In this document: positions 48,147 through 57,920 of the stretch, in pieces
How positions within the stretch are numbered: position 1 is the stretch's first letter
Layout: every line of letters begins with the position of its first letter
IMG/VR virus record: IMGVR_UViG_3300025570_000007
Strand: one strand, 5' to 3'
Origin: a virus
DNA length: 64,000 bases
Notes under the pieces: model-generated
Told to the model about the DNA's origin: nothing
The model's input: the letters and a program-made list of their open reading frames with translations, nothing else
Database searches by the model: none
Program-made: the position numbers and the translations under genes

Positions 48147-49875
48147 TAACTTCTCCTCCTGCTGGATTCTGTCTTATCATTTCCTGCTGTTCTGGTGATG
48201 CTACTTGTGTCTTAGGTAGCTCTATCGATCTGTATTTCTGAAGGACTGGTTCTAAGTCTTTTTTAAATGCTGCTGATATTGCTGGTGCCATAAATGGACC
48301 TATGTTTGTATATATATTCTCAATATTCTGTCTAGTGTCTAGATAAGTCTTTTCAATCTTAGCGATATGATCTGCTAAATCTGTAGCTCCTTTACGTATA
48401 CGTGCTGCTAGGTCTTCGTTATCACTATTTTCATAGTTGATATACCTTTCTAAATTTTCTGCTCTAGCTTCTTTAAGAAGTTTTCTGTCTTCTGTAAGAA
48501 TACCTGTGATCATTTTCTTAAAGGTTTCTTTAAGTTGTTCTCTTACTTTATTTTCTTCATATACACCGAAAGCATCTTCCTCTGATCGTTCTGCTGCTCT
48601 ATCTGATGCATTTCTATCTTGGGATGCTCTTATTTTAGCGTTCTTTAAAGAAAGTCCTTTTGCTACGTATCTCTTAACTAATGCGTCAAATGATTTTGAA
48701 GCTTCTTCTATATTATCAGTACCTTCTTCAACACTCTCTTCTACTTCCTGTAAATTACTTGCAAGATAGTCTACTAAATCTTTCTTAGCGTGTGGAATCA
48801 TTCCTGGCTCTGTCATAGGACCGTCTTTCCATTCATCCCATACTGCAAGTAAGTGTTTGATAGCTTTTTCTAATCTTGGACCCATAGACTCTACGTATCC
48901 TCCATTTCCATAATCATCTTCTTTTACTATCTTACCTCCTTTAATTTTTCTTGCTCTACCTTCTTCTAGAGATTTTGCACTATTTAAAGCTTTAAGTATT
49001 ATCTCTTTCTTTGATAATTGATCAGATGATAATGTTTCCTCTCCTAAATCAAAAAGTCCTTTAGCTTTCATTTTCTTAACCCAAGCTTGTCTACTCTTTC
49101 TATGTTCTTCTCTTCCAGCTGGTGATAGTTTTTTATGGTGATTAAGTCCATCTACCTTTCCTTGATACTGGTTAGTAGCTTTAGGGTAGCTTGGATGTTT
49201 CATTTCTTTAAAATTAGTCTTCTTCTTATCCATTACCATTTTTGCTATACTTAGACTACGTCCCCAAAGACTTGTTGGATTAGCATCTATATAGTCCTGT
49301 ATTTCATCAGCGGTTAAATCATCCCACTTTGGATGCTCACTCATGGAGTTCTTATCTCCTTTCTCAAAAGCCGGAGTTCCATGAGGTGAAAATTCACTTA
49401 TTTTACCTTTTTTAGATTCCTTTAGTGTAGCTTTCTTAAGTCCGTTATAAGTATCAACAGTATTTTTTGCTGTTGCTGGTGTCATTTGGTCATGTTTATC
49501 TACTTTCTTAGAATCTCCTGACATTAAATGCAAGTAGAAGTTACAGTCTTTAGCTAAGTTTTTCATAACTTTAGCTTTGGCTTTTTCATAGTCACTCTTT
49601 TGTACAGTTCCTACTGTATCGATACCCATTTTTTCTAACTCCACGTCAACACCTCTCTGAATTGATTCTAATGAGTAGTTCTTTTCAAGATCTGCTGCTG
49701 GTGTTTTTTTAGCCTCTACAATCACACCTTTATTCTTAAGAATCTGTACAGTGTCTTTGTATCCGTTAAAAGGACTAATGTAGTTAGGTAGCTGTAGTTT
49801 AGCATCTCTAACAAATTGTGTTTTAGAGAAGTTATTCTCTAATATTGCGTTATATTTTTCCTGTAGTGTCTTCAT
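48100..49875 (-). CDS. Putative internal head/core polyprotein
   Basis: MKTLQEKYNAILE, more than 10 [ILVF]xE sites. Confidence 0.6.
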   Translation of the reverse strand: MKTLQEKYNAILENNFSKTQFVRDAKLQLPNYISPFNGYKDTVQILKNKGVIVEAKKTPAADLEKNYSLESIQRGVDVELEKMGIDTVGTVQKSDYEKAKAKVMKNLAKDCNFYLHLMSGDSKKVDKHDQMTPATAKNTVDTYNGLKKATLKESKKGKISEFSPHGTPAFEKGDKNSMSEHPKWDDLTADEIQDYIDANPTSLWGRSLSIAKMVMDKKKTNFKEMKHPSYPKATNQYQGKVDGLNHHKKLSPAGREEHRKSRQAWVKKMKAKGLFDLGEETLSSDQLSKKEIILKALNSAKSLEEGRARKIKGGKIVKEDDYGNGGYVESMGPRLEKAIKHLLAVWDEWKDGPMTEPGMIPHAKKDLVDYLASNLQEVEESVEEGTDNIEEASKSFDALVKRYVAKGLSLKNAKIRASQDRNASDRAAERSEEDAFGVYEENKVREQLKETFKKMITGILTEDRKLLKEARAENLERYINYENSDNEDLAARIRKGATDLADHIAKIEKTYLDTRQNIENIYTNIGPFMAPAISAAFKKDLEPVLQKYRSIELPKTQVASPEQQEMIRQNPAGGEVNENKSPKRKYTKRKK

Positions 49876-50050
49876 CTAAGTAATCGAACATTTTAGTATT
49901 ATGTGGTCTTTTTTTTCCTTTAACTTTCTTAAAAGCTTTTGGAGATCCTGTTTGTGCTCCTGATCCTGGTGTAAATGAAGCTCCACCCCCTGTGGTGTTC
50001 ATCTCCTTTATTACACTTTGAACAAAATTTGTTAATTCACTTCTCTTCAT
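49850..50050 (-). CDS. Small putative core protein
   Basis: MKRSELTNFVQSVIKE, then MNTTGG...PKAFKK. Confidence 0.6.
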   Translation of the reverse strand: MKRSELTNFVQSVIKEMNTTGGGASFTPGSGAQTGSPKAFKKVKGKKRPHNTKMFDYLDEDTTGKI

Positions 50051-50901
50051 TACTTCTTTAATTCTTGGACCAGCTCGTAATATTGCATTATATTTACAAG
50101 ATGATCGTCAGTTACTCTTTTTGTTTTAGGTACCGGTATAATTGTCTTAACTACTTCCTGTAGTTTAATTCCAATAATTTCATCTTCAACGTCATTACCT
50201 ACCTCTATTATAGCTACTCTAAGTTTACTTAGCTCTTCATTTACTATATTTCTCAACCTAGTTGAGGAATCTACTGATGTTATAAATTCTCTCAGTATAT
50301 TTTTTTGCTCTGGTAAAAGAGATTTGTACCTTTTATTAAACTTCTCTAAAAGTATCTTAAAGGTCAGTAGTTTTAAATCTTTATCGTATTTAGAATATTC
50401 TTCTATTAACGTATCTTTTACATCATCCTTATCCTGTTCTGCATTTGTAAGATGTTCCAGTAAGGTTGTCTTATTATCAATAAGTACCTCTGGATCGACA
50501 ACATCTGTGGCTTTATGGGCTTCTAGTAAACAGTATAATGCTGCTAGTGGTTTATAGTCTGGTACTTTTATTGAAAAGAATTCCTCTACGTCGTAACTTT
50601 CTTTAATTTCCTTAATAAGACTGTATTTCTGTTTCTTAAGGGTATCTGAATTAACCGTTCTAGATATTTCTATGATGGTTGATACGATAGATTCTGCCTT
50701 ATTTTGAGATACTGCTCTATTCTTAAGGATGAACTCATACAACTTAAATTCACGCACTAACGCTGTCTTACCTGTATAGAAGTTTTTTAATATCTTCACA
50801 GCAGGGGAATCTTGATTATTTAAAGTATCGGCAGCAATTTGTTTTACTAGCAACTCAAATATCAGTCCCGTATTTTTATACTTACTATGTTTTATGCGCA
50901 T
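50050..50901 (-). CDS. Prohead core/head morphogenesis protein
   Basis: KHSKYKNTGLIFELL, directly downstream of the portal gene. Confidence 0.6.
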   Translation of the reverse strand: MRIKHSKYKNTGLIFELLVKQIAADTLNNQDSPAVKILKNFYTGKTALVREFKLYEFILKNRAVSQNKAESIVSTIIEISRTVNSDTLKKQKYSLIKEIKESYDVEEFFSIKVPDYKPLAALYCLLEAHKATDVVDPEVLIDNKTTLLEHLTNAEQDKDDVKDTLIEEYSKYDKDLKLLTFKILLEKFNKRYKSLLPEQKNILREFITSVDSSTRLRNIVNEELSKLRVAIIEVGNDVEDEIIGIKLQEVVKTIIPVPKTKRVTDDHLVNIMQYYELVQELKK

Positions 50902-50954
50902 TATTGTTTAGTTTTTCGTGTATAAGTATACCGCTCTACTTATATAAATAGTAT

Positions 50955-52895
50955 TTAATTATCTAAATCTATAATTAGGTCTTCGTTCAGTAGCTCGTCC
51001 TTCTCTTCTATAGGTTCTTCAAAGATAAGTTTTTTCTTTTCTGTGAACATTTCTTTGTTCTGTAAAAAAACTTGCTTTGCAATAGTTCCTACTCTAGCTG
51101 GTGATTTACTACTTTCTTGAACGTTTTCATTATCTGAGGGGTATCCTCCTTTCATACCGTGTCGTCCTAATGGATCTCTTCCTCCCATTCCGTCGTTTGT
51201 TCCGTAATGTGATGCATGTGTTCTTGGTGCTCCACCTTCTGGTCCAGGTTCCCCTACTTGATGAGGTCCTGTTGGGTTTGGATGATCTTCATACCCTGCT
51301 GGTACTTCTCCGAAAGAGACTCCCTTATCTCCTTCAAAAGCTCTTCTACCGTATAGTGTTGCTAGATCGTGAGGTGTTCCGTATGATTTTCCTGATTTAG
51401 ATGGATCGTTACCTTCGTTCTCTATTTGAGCTAATCTAAATAATCGTTTGTGATCTTCAGCAATTAGGTCTCTCATCTCTATGTATTGATCCTCTGATAA
51501 GTTAAATATATTGTCGTAGATAAAGTCAGTTGAGAATAATTTAGAGTCTCTCATTTGATTTGCTAAATCGACTTTTTCTTTCAGTAATGCTACCTTCTCT
51601 TGTTCAAAGATAATTGAAGGATTTGTAAGTTTAATTTCGAAGTTAGTTAGAGCTGCTCCTTTAAACCCTTGTGCGTATAAATGTACTAGTGCTATCTTGG
51701 TTAACTCTGATTCTAATATTCTCTGTACTCTCTCTACAGTGTGAGCAAACCTAACATCTTCTGCTGCTATAGTAGCTTTACCCGATAAGTCTTCTTCATA
51801 TCCGAAATAAGCTTTTGGTATTTTAAGTGCTGCGAATAGTTTAGCTCTGAGGTATTCTATATCGTTTGTACCGTCGTATTGTAGACCTGGTGTAGTTTCA
51901 ATTCTTGTTGATTGATCTCCTCCTCTTATTGGAAGGTAAAAATCTTCCATCATGTTCATCATGTTGAAACGTAAGTTGTAATCCCCTGTCTGTGGATCAA
52001 CGTACGGTGTTTTCTTCATGGTATTAATAGTCTTCTGCATGAACTGCTCTACCTCTTGAGGTGGAATCTGTCCTACGTTAACATAGAAGGTTCTCTTCTC
52101 AGGAGCTCTCATTATACGATGTATTAGCATCGCATCTTCCATTAAGGTTAGCTGTTTATATATCTTTCTACCTGGTTCTATGTAAGCTCGTCCGTACGGT
52201 AAGTAACTTGTATCTGCTATTAACCTAAAGTGAGCTACTTCGTAATTATCAAACTCTAATATTTTTGAATTGTCTCTGCGATGTACTGTAGGATCTTGTG
52301 ATGCTGCAATTCCGTCAGGGTCTAACTGGAATGTTACCTTGGTTGGGTTTTCAGGGTCAAGACCTTCTGTCCTTGTCATATGGTACACCGTATAAGGTAG
52401 TACGTTAAATACTCCAAACTCTTCTGCAATCTCTAATTTTAAGAAAAAGTCACCGTATTTACACATATTCCTTGTCCAAGACCATAGGTTAAATTCTATG
52501 TTAAGTACGTCGTAAAATAGATTGTAAAGTACTCTCTGCAGGTTTTCATCAGAAGATTTAATAGAGAGTACTTCTCCCATATCATTCTTTAGAGTCGCTT
52601 CATCCGCTATAATATCTAATGCTGACATTATAATTGCATCTGAGTCCATTGCTTCATAATCTGCGTATAGTTGGATACGGAGTGTTTGGTAATTTAAATT
52701 AGGGTTAAATATATTTTTATTGTTGTAAATATATAATCTCGAGAACCTGTCAACAAGTGAGTTTGTCTGGTATTTCCCTGTTTTCTGTATTTGATTTACA
52801 TCAACTACTTTTAACTGGTCGCCGCCAACATTTCTTATTACTACATCAGAAGAAAACAATCTTCCTAGTCTCTTAAATAGTGAAGTATCTGCCAT
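50955..52895 (-). CDS. Portal protein (T4 gp20-like)
   Basis: LMEDAMLIHRIMRAPEKR.F, EDFYLPIRG, IETTPG, ALKIPK. Confidence 0.95.
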   Translation of the reverse strand: MADTSLFKRLGRLFSSDVVIRNVGGDQLKVVDVNQIQKTGKYQTNSLVDRFSRLYIYNNKNIFNPNLNYQTLRIQLYADYEAMDSDAIIMSALDIIADEATLKNDMGEVLSIKSSDENLQRVLYNLFYDVLNIEFNLWSWTRNMCKYGDFFLKLEIAEEFGVFNVLPYTVYHMTRTEGLDPENPTKVTFQLDPDGIAASQDPTVHRRDNSKILEFDNYEVAHFRLIADTSYLPYGRAYIEPGRKIYKQLTLMEDAMLIHRIMRAPEKRTFYVNVGQIPPQEVEQFMQKTINTMKKTPYVDPQTGDYNLRFNMMNMMEDFYLPIRGGDQSTRIETTPGLQYDGTNDIEYLRAKLFAALKIPKAYFGYEEDLSGKATIAAEDVRFAHTVERVQRILESELTKIALVHLYAQGFKGAALTNFEIKLTNPSIIFEQEKVALLKEKVDLANQMRDSKLFSTDFIYDNIFNLSEDQYIEMRDLIAEDHKRLFRLAQIENEGNDPSKSGKSYGTPHDLATLYGRRAFEGDKGVSFGEVPAGYEDHPNPTGPHQVGEPGPEGGAPRTHASHYGTNDGMGGRDPLGRHGMKGGYPSDNENVQESSKSPARVGTIAKQVFLQNKEMFTEKKKLIFEEPIEEKDELLNEDLIIDLDN

Positions 52896-52909
52896 TAATA
52901 TGGTTTAGT

Positions 52910-52917
52910 TATAAATA
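52910..52917 (-). promoter_or_regulatory. Late promoter motif TATTTATA (representative copy, portal gene; about 20 copies in the window)
   Basis: The same motif sits mostly 10-45 nt upstream of structural gene starts. Positions are listed in the findings. Confidence 0.75.
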
Positions 52918-52921
52918 TGTG

Positions 52922-54496
52922 TTATTTAAAGATCCATGAGATATCCTCGCTCCCATGAGTCGTTTGAATAATATAAGGATTATTTTGCTGGCTGCCAACG
53001 GAAGATATGATTGCTTTGTTGTTGGCATTTAAATTTGTGAAAGATGATAACTGTGCTCTAGACAGGTCTAACCCTTGTTGACGGAGTCTTAATGCAGTAT
53101 CACGTACATACAGGGCTGTTGCAAAGGCCATCAATAAGTCATCGTTATAATTCGTCTGTGCTTGTGCTTTACCGTTCTTCCATACAAATACTCTCATTTC
53201 TCCGAGTAGTCGTTTTGACTGTATTGTTACACTTTTTTCACGTACGTACTCCATCATTTTAGCAATCACTAATGGACGGGTTCTCATCGACATTGTAAAG
53301 CCCGGTACTAGTTGATCTCTTTCGTACTTTATCATATACGATTCAACTGTGTCTAACTGGTTCTTAGGACTGTAGTATAGATTCTTGTATTCCCGTTCAA
53401 GTACCTGTTCGATTGTAGACCATCCTATATTTGCATTCTCTATGACAAGTAGTGCATCATTATAATCAGATGCTACACCTACTAGTATGTTTCCTAACTG
53501 TTTCGGGGATACCTTGCCTTTATATTCCCCTACTTGTACACAAGCTTCTATGTCAAAAATATGGAATCCTGAGTAATCTTTAGAGTCCCCTCTTGATACA
53601 TCTGCTACAACCATATACGATTTTGTATAGTCTGGCTGTTCCCATATCCATAAGTTATGGTCTACTCCTCTTTTCTCTACTGGGTCTGTTTGGTAGGTTT
53701 GTTCGTAGAAAGACAGGTCTTCCGGTTCAAATACAGTATCACCCGAAGCTAAGAAATCACAGTCACATTCCTGTGCTGCCATCCTTTCCCCAAGGTCCCT
53801 GTCTTGTAAGTCTCTCCACTCTTGACTTCTTTCAGGATGTACCGTCCAAGGTAGCCTAACCGGTAAAAATGAATTTTCACCTGTTTCTGCTTTTTCCCAT
53901 GTTAAGTGAAACCAGTTACCAATTCCGTTAGGAGTTGATAGTGCCATACACTGTCCCCCTGTAGCTAACGTTTGTTGTGCAGCTGCAAATGTTTCGTCAA
54001 TGTTGTCAATAAAGGCTGCTTCATCGAGAATTAACAGTGATACCGCTTCTGAACGAGCAGCATCTGAGTTAGATGATTTGGCTTGTATTTTAGATCCGTT
54101 TTTAAGTCTAAGTGATAATTTGTTCTTCTCAACGTGAGACAGCTTTAACCATTTAGGTAGTTGGTCGTACATGAAAATCACTTTTGATACAAGGTTTCTT
54201 GCTGTTGCTTGTGTAGTTGCTAAGGCTAGTACGTTTTTATCTTTATGGAATATCATCAACCATAAACTGTAAGCAGCTGATAGTGTTGAGATACCTAGCT
54301 GTCTTGACTTAAGTGTTATGATGTATTGATGATCCTTAAATAAGTGGAGTACTTCACTTTGAAAAGGGTATAGGTTGAATAGGATTCTACCTCTCTGTGG
54401 ATGTTGTATATAACAATACTTCCTCATAAAGTAGGCAGGGTCCTTTGCACACTTGATATACTCTTGTGCAACTATCTGTTTTATGTTTTGTGCCAT
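52922..54496 (-). CDS. terL: Terminase large subunit (T4 gp17-like)
   Basis: LYPFQ, KSRQLGIST, ILDEAAF, STPNG, DVSRG, NDDLLMA. Confidence 0.95.
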   Translation of the reverse strand: MAQNIKQIVAQEYIKCAKDPAYFMRKYCYIQHPQRGRILFNLYPFQSEVLHLFKDHQYIITLKSRQLGISTLSAAYSLWLMIFHKDKNVLALATTQATARNLVSKVIFMYDQLPKWLKLSHVEKNKLSLRLKNGSKIQAKSSNSDAARSEAVSLLILDEAAFIDNIDETFAAAQQTLATGGQCMALSTPNGIGNWFHLTWEKAETGENSFLPVRLPWTVHPERSQEWRDLQDRDLGERMAAQECDCDFLASGDTVFEPEDLSFYEQTYQTDPVEKRGVDHNLWIWEQPDYTKSYMVVADVSRGDSKDYSGFHIFDIEACVQVGEYKGKVSPKQLGNILVGVASDYNDALLVIENANIGWSTIEQVLEREYKNLYYSPKNQLDTVESYMIKYERDQLVPGFTMSMRTRPLVIAKMMEYVREKSVTIQSKRLLGEMRVFVWKNGKAQAQTNYNDDLLMAFATALYVRDTALRLRQQGLDLSRAQLSSFTNLNANNKAIISSVGSQQNNPYIIQTTHGSEDISWIFK

Positions 54497-54555
54497 TTAT
54501 TATCTATAATGTATTATATAAATAGCTACGGTGTATGGAAAGATATTTCTATTTT

Positions 54556-55182
54556 CTATAAAGGCTCGTCTCCTTTTTCAAAATCTACATCTTCACCGCT
54601 AAGGTCTTCAGGTTCTCCAGCTTCATCTCCTAATGGTACATCTTCTGCAGGAGGTGTTTCGTCAAATGCATCTTCTCCAGGTGCACCACCTTCTCCACCA
54701 GGAAATTCTCCACCACCACCACCTCCGGCTGCAAATGGATCATCTGCTCCTCCTTCTTCTTCTGCTCCTTGAATTGGTGCTGTTTTATAAAGTATGGCTA
54801 GTTTATCTAGTGCTTGTTGAAATTCGTCTACTGTACCCAGGAAGTACTTTTTTCCTTGTATAGTTGCTTGGAAGTTTTTTCCTGACCATTTTAGTGTAAA
54901 GTCCTGATCGTTCTGAAGATTAATTCTAAATTCTGTAGGTCGGGGTGATACCCAGTCTATTGTTTTTACAAACTCTTTATAGTCTTTAGTCATTAACTTA
55001 GTTAACGACTTCTTAAGGGTTGGAAATTTTTCAAGCATAGTATCTGTAGCATCCGGTAATACGGCTTCCGTACTTGCTGTTTCGTCTCCTTTTGGGTCTT
55101 CTGGTTGTGGCTCTTCATCTTGTTCTAATAGAACTTCAATATAAGCTTCTTCCATTAATTTTATAAGGTCTCTTTTTTTCAT
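54556..55182 (-). CDS. Acidic, Gly-rich putative head protein
   Basis: MKKRDLIKLMEEAYIEVLLE; low-complexity acidic tail. Confidence 0.6.
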   Translation of the reverse strand: MKKRDLIKLMEEAYIEVLLEQDEEPQPEDPKGDETASTEAVLPDATDTMLEKFPTLKKSLTKLMTKDYKEFVKTIDWVSPRPTEFRINLQNDQDFTLKWSGKNFQATIQGKKYFLGTVDEFQQALDKLAILYKTAPIQGAEEEGGADDPFAAGGGGGGEFPGGEGGAPGEDAFDETPPAEDVPLGDEAGEPEDLSGEDVDFEKGDEPL

Positions 55183-55188
55183 CTTTTA

Positions 55189-56706
55189 TTAAATTAATCC
55201 GCTTAAATCTAATGATATTCCTATAGCTTTTGCAGCTTTAACTAGGATAGGTTTCATCTGCTTTCTCTTCTCCTTGCTACCGTTTTTATAGATTTCTAGC
55301 ATTCTAATGTACTTCTGTCTTGGAGTTTCCTCGTCTTCGTTCTCATACATATCTTTACCGTACTCAACTTCTCTATCTGCTCTCTCTAAATCTTCCCAAG
55401 GTTCAAATGTATCTTTTGAATCATCTTTAGGAGCATCTTTATCAGTTTTATTAGCTTTTGCTTCTCTCACGTAACTTGTTAGAATCCTCTTAGCATCGTC
55501 AATAGCATTCTCTAATTCAGTATCGTCTAACTCGCTCCAGTACTGCCTATCGTCTCCGTCTAAGTACTGTCCTGATACTTTCTCCCATTCATTTTCTATC
55601 TCTCCTCCTATATCCCATATTTTACCTTCTAGTTTACCTATCTGTTCAACATACGGATTTACAACTCTGTCTGTATTTCCTGAGCCTTGCATTGGTCCGA
55701 ATTCTTTTATAGACTTTTTAATATGAGATGATCGGTAATGGTCTTTTAGGTATTCTATTATCTCTTCTGCTGCATCAGATTCACTTACACCGTCCTCAGA
55801 TGCTCTACTCTTTATAATGTTTACAATATCATCTCCATCTCCTCTACCTTCACTAACATCTTCTGTTTCGTTTAAAGCTTGAAAATGCTTTACCATATTG
55901 TTCTTTATAACGTCTCTATGTACTATTGCTTCTCCTGAAGGTTTTACACCTACTTCTCCTATCTCTTTGTCGAAGGAAAAATCTGCTAAATGTAGCGTAT
56001 CTTGGTCGATATGAAAAGCAAAATCATCTTCAAAATCATTCTTATACTTTATAAATATTTCAAATGAATTAGGCTCTACATGATGTATCTTAGCACTATC
56101 GATTTCTTCACCAACTTCTCTTAAGGCAGTCGCTAACGCTTTTCCTACCTCTCTTGCAATTGCCTGGGTCTCTTCTACACTAAACTCTATTCCTCGTTCT
56201 TCTTTAATCTCTTCTCCATCTGCTGTCTTAATACTCTCTACATCAGAATTATCTTTTAACTTATCTAATTCTTTCTTATCTGTATATTCAGCTGGTTGAC
56301 CGTTTATAAAAGCTGTTTTTTCTCCTTCTTTTATTGTAGACTTCTCTAGAAGAGCCTTAATATCACTGTATTTTTTCATTTTTGATTCTTTAATCATAAT
56401 GTACCTATTATCTTCTGTTTTTTCTGCTTCTCCGTTGGAAATAAAACTGTTCCATACTCTCTCTGCATCTTTTGTCATTGCTTGATCTGAGTATAATCCT
56501 TTTGTTAGTTTGTCGTTTGCTGCTCTGTAGAGTTCTTTTCCTATTCCTACTCCTCTATAGTCTTTAGATACTGTAACAGAGTCAACTTGGTAAGAATCTT
56601 TAAAAGGCTTTAACCTCAGTGCTCCTACTTTCTTATCGCCTACTACCGCAATAACTACCTTCTTTCCGTTAGCTTTTATAAAACGAAAGTCTATAGTTTC
56701 TTCCAC
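55189..56706 (-). CDS. Putative internal head polyprotein with N-terminal GNAT acetyltransferase domain
   Basis: VTVSKDYRGVGIGKELY acetyl-CoA motif, then modules split by IKE/LLE/LNE/VRE. GTG start. Confidence 0.7.
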   Translation of the reverse strand: MEETIDFRFIKANGKKVVIAVVGDKKVGALRLKPFKDSYQVDSVTVSKDYRGVGIGKELYRAANDKLTKGLYSDQAMTKDAERVWNSFISNGEAEKTEDNRYIMIKESKMKKYSDIKALLEKSTIKEGEKTAFINGQPAEYTDKKELDKLKDNSDVESIKTADGEEIKEERGIEFSVEETQAIAREVGKALATALREVGEEIDSAKIHHVEPNSFEIFIKYKNDFEDDFAFHIDQDTLHLADFSFDKEIGEVGVKPSGEAIVHRDVIKNNMVKHFQALNETEDVSEGRGDGDDIVNIIKSRASEDGVSESDAAEEIIEYLKDHYRSSHIKKSIKEFGPMQGSGNTDRVVNPYVEQIGKLEGKIWDIGGEIENEWEKVSGQYLDGDDRQYWSELDDTELENAIDDAKRILTSYVREAKANKTDKDAPKDDSKDTFEPWEDLERADREVEYGKDMYENEDEETPRQKYIRMLEIYKNGSKEKRKQMKPILVKAAKAIGISLDLSGLI

Positions 56707-56707
56707 C

Positions 56708-57169
56708 TTATTCTGGCTTTTTATTCCCTACAATTTCTTTATAGTCCTGCATAGTAAGAATCTCATCATGTGTACTTCCTAACCTTATTGCTCTTTCTGC
56801 TACATCGTGAAGATCCATATCTGATTTAGCGTCTTCTTTTGCGTATTCTAATAACCGTATAAATAGTGGAATATCTAATGTTACCTTATCAGCAGGATTT
56901 TCAGATTCCCCTACGAAGTTTAACTCTTCTTCAGTTTCTGCAGCTGCTACTAGGTCCATTAGGTGCCTGTCTTGAAGCAATTCGGTGTTTAGTGCCGTAA
57001 ATGCGTTCATAAAATCATCTCCTCGTCCTACATGTGCTATATAATCTCGACCATCCTCGTAGGTATTCTCTAAATACTTTGTTAGTGATTCAAGTGCGTC
57101 CATATCATACCCCAGGTAGTATGTATTGTCTTCGGTAAAAGCTTCTACAATTAGCTTACTTAGCTTCAT
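56708..57169 (-). CDS. Putative internal head protein
   Basis: MKLSKLIVE; DIPLFIRLLEYAKED module. Confidence 0.6.
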   Translation of the reverse strand: MKLSKLIVEAFTEDNTYYLGYDMDALESLTKYLENTYEDGRDYIAHVGRGDDFMNAFTALNTELLQDRHLMDLVAAAETEEELNFVGESENPADKVTLDIPLFIRLLEYAKEDAKSDMDLHDVAERAIRLGSTHDEILTMQDYKEIVGNKKPE

Positions 57170-57199
57170 ATTAATGTATTTTTATATAAATAGCGGTGA

Positions 57200-57775
57200 T
57201 TACTTGAAATGTTGCTTTAGGTGAGTAGTGTATTCCTTAATTCCGTCCATTATCTTCTTTTTCTCGTTTGAATTAGAATTCCAATCCTCAATATCGCCCT
57301 GTTCTGTAACAAAGGTAGATTTTGCATTCACTAAGTCTAGTGCCCAAGCTTCTATATCATTAGCAAATGCGCTCATATTTCCTTGCATCATTCTCTCCTC
57401 ATATTGCTTATATAGCCCTGCTTTTCTTAACTTAGCTTCATATCCAATAGTGCAATCAAAACAGAATCCATGTATCTTATACATTTTTTTTGCTAAATGA
57501 TGCTTCATCGAACCTTTACACTTCGGACATGTTAGCGGAATACGTAAAGCTTTTTTTGCTGCATCTAGTTTAGTAATATTCTGCTTTAATCCGTTTTTTA
57601 TTGTCCACTGTTTTCCGCCTTCTTCCCAAAAATCTCCTTCTTTATGTCTTTCTGAACTTCTTTTGTATCCTGTTTGAGATTTTGTAGCTGCAGTAAAGTC
57701 TTTATTGACTATATTACGTACTCTTTCTATATCGGATTTCTTAAATTCTTTCTTTAGTAACGATTCTTTACTCAT
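57200..57775 (-). CDS. Zinc-ribbon hypothetical protein
   Basis: CPKC...CFDC. Confidence 0.7.
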   Translation of the reverse strand: MSKESLLKKEFKKSDIERVRNIVNKDFTAATKSQTGYKRSSERHKEGDFWEEGGKQWTIKNGLKQNITKLDAAKKALRIPLTCPKCKGSMKHHLAKKMYKIHGFCFDCTIGYEAKLRKAGLYKQYEERMMQGNMSAFANDIEAWALDLVNAKSTFVTEQGDIEDWNSNSNEKKKIMDGIKEYTTHLKQHFK

Positions 57776-57920
57776 TATTCAACTTTATTTTATATTCATG
57801 ATAAGCTTCAGCAAATTTTAACATCACTTTCCACTTCCTTCCAGCACTTCTTCCTCCTGTGTATATCTCTCTAGGTTGTTTTGCTGACCAGTTACGGTAG
57901 TATTCTTCAACTTCACTCAT
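57768..57920 (-). CDS. Small hypothetical protein (50 aa); missing from the ORF track
   Basis: MSEVEEYYRNW...KFAEAYHEYKIKLNNE*, fills the gap and overlaps both neighbours. Confidence 0.5.
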   Translation of the reverse strand: MSEVEEYYRNWSAKQPREIYTGGRSAGRKWKVMLKFAEAYHEYKIKLNNE

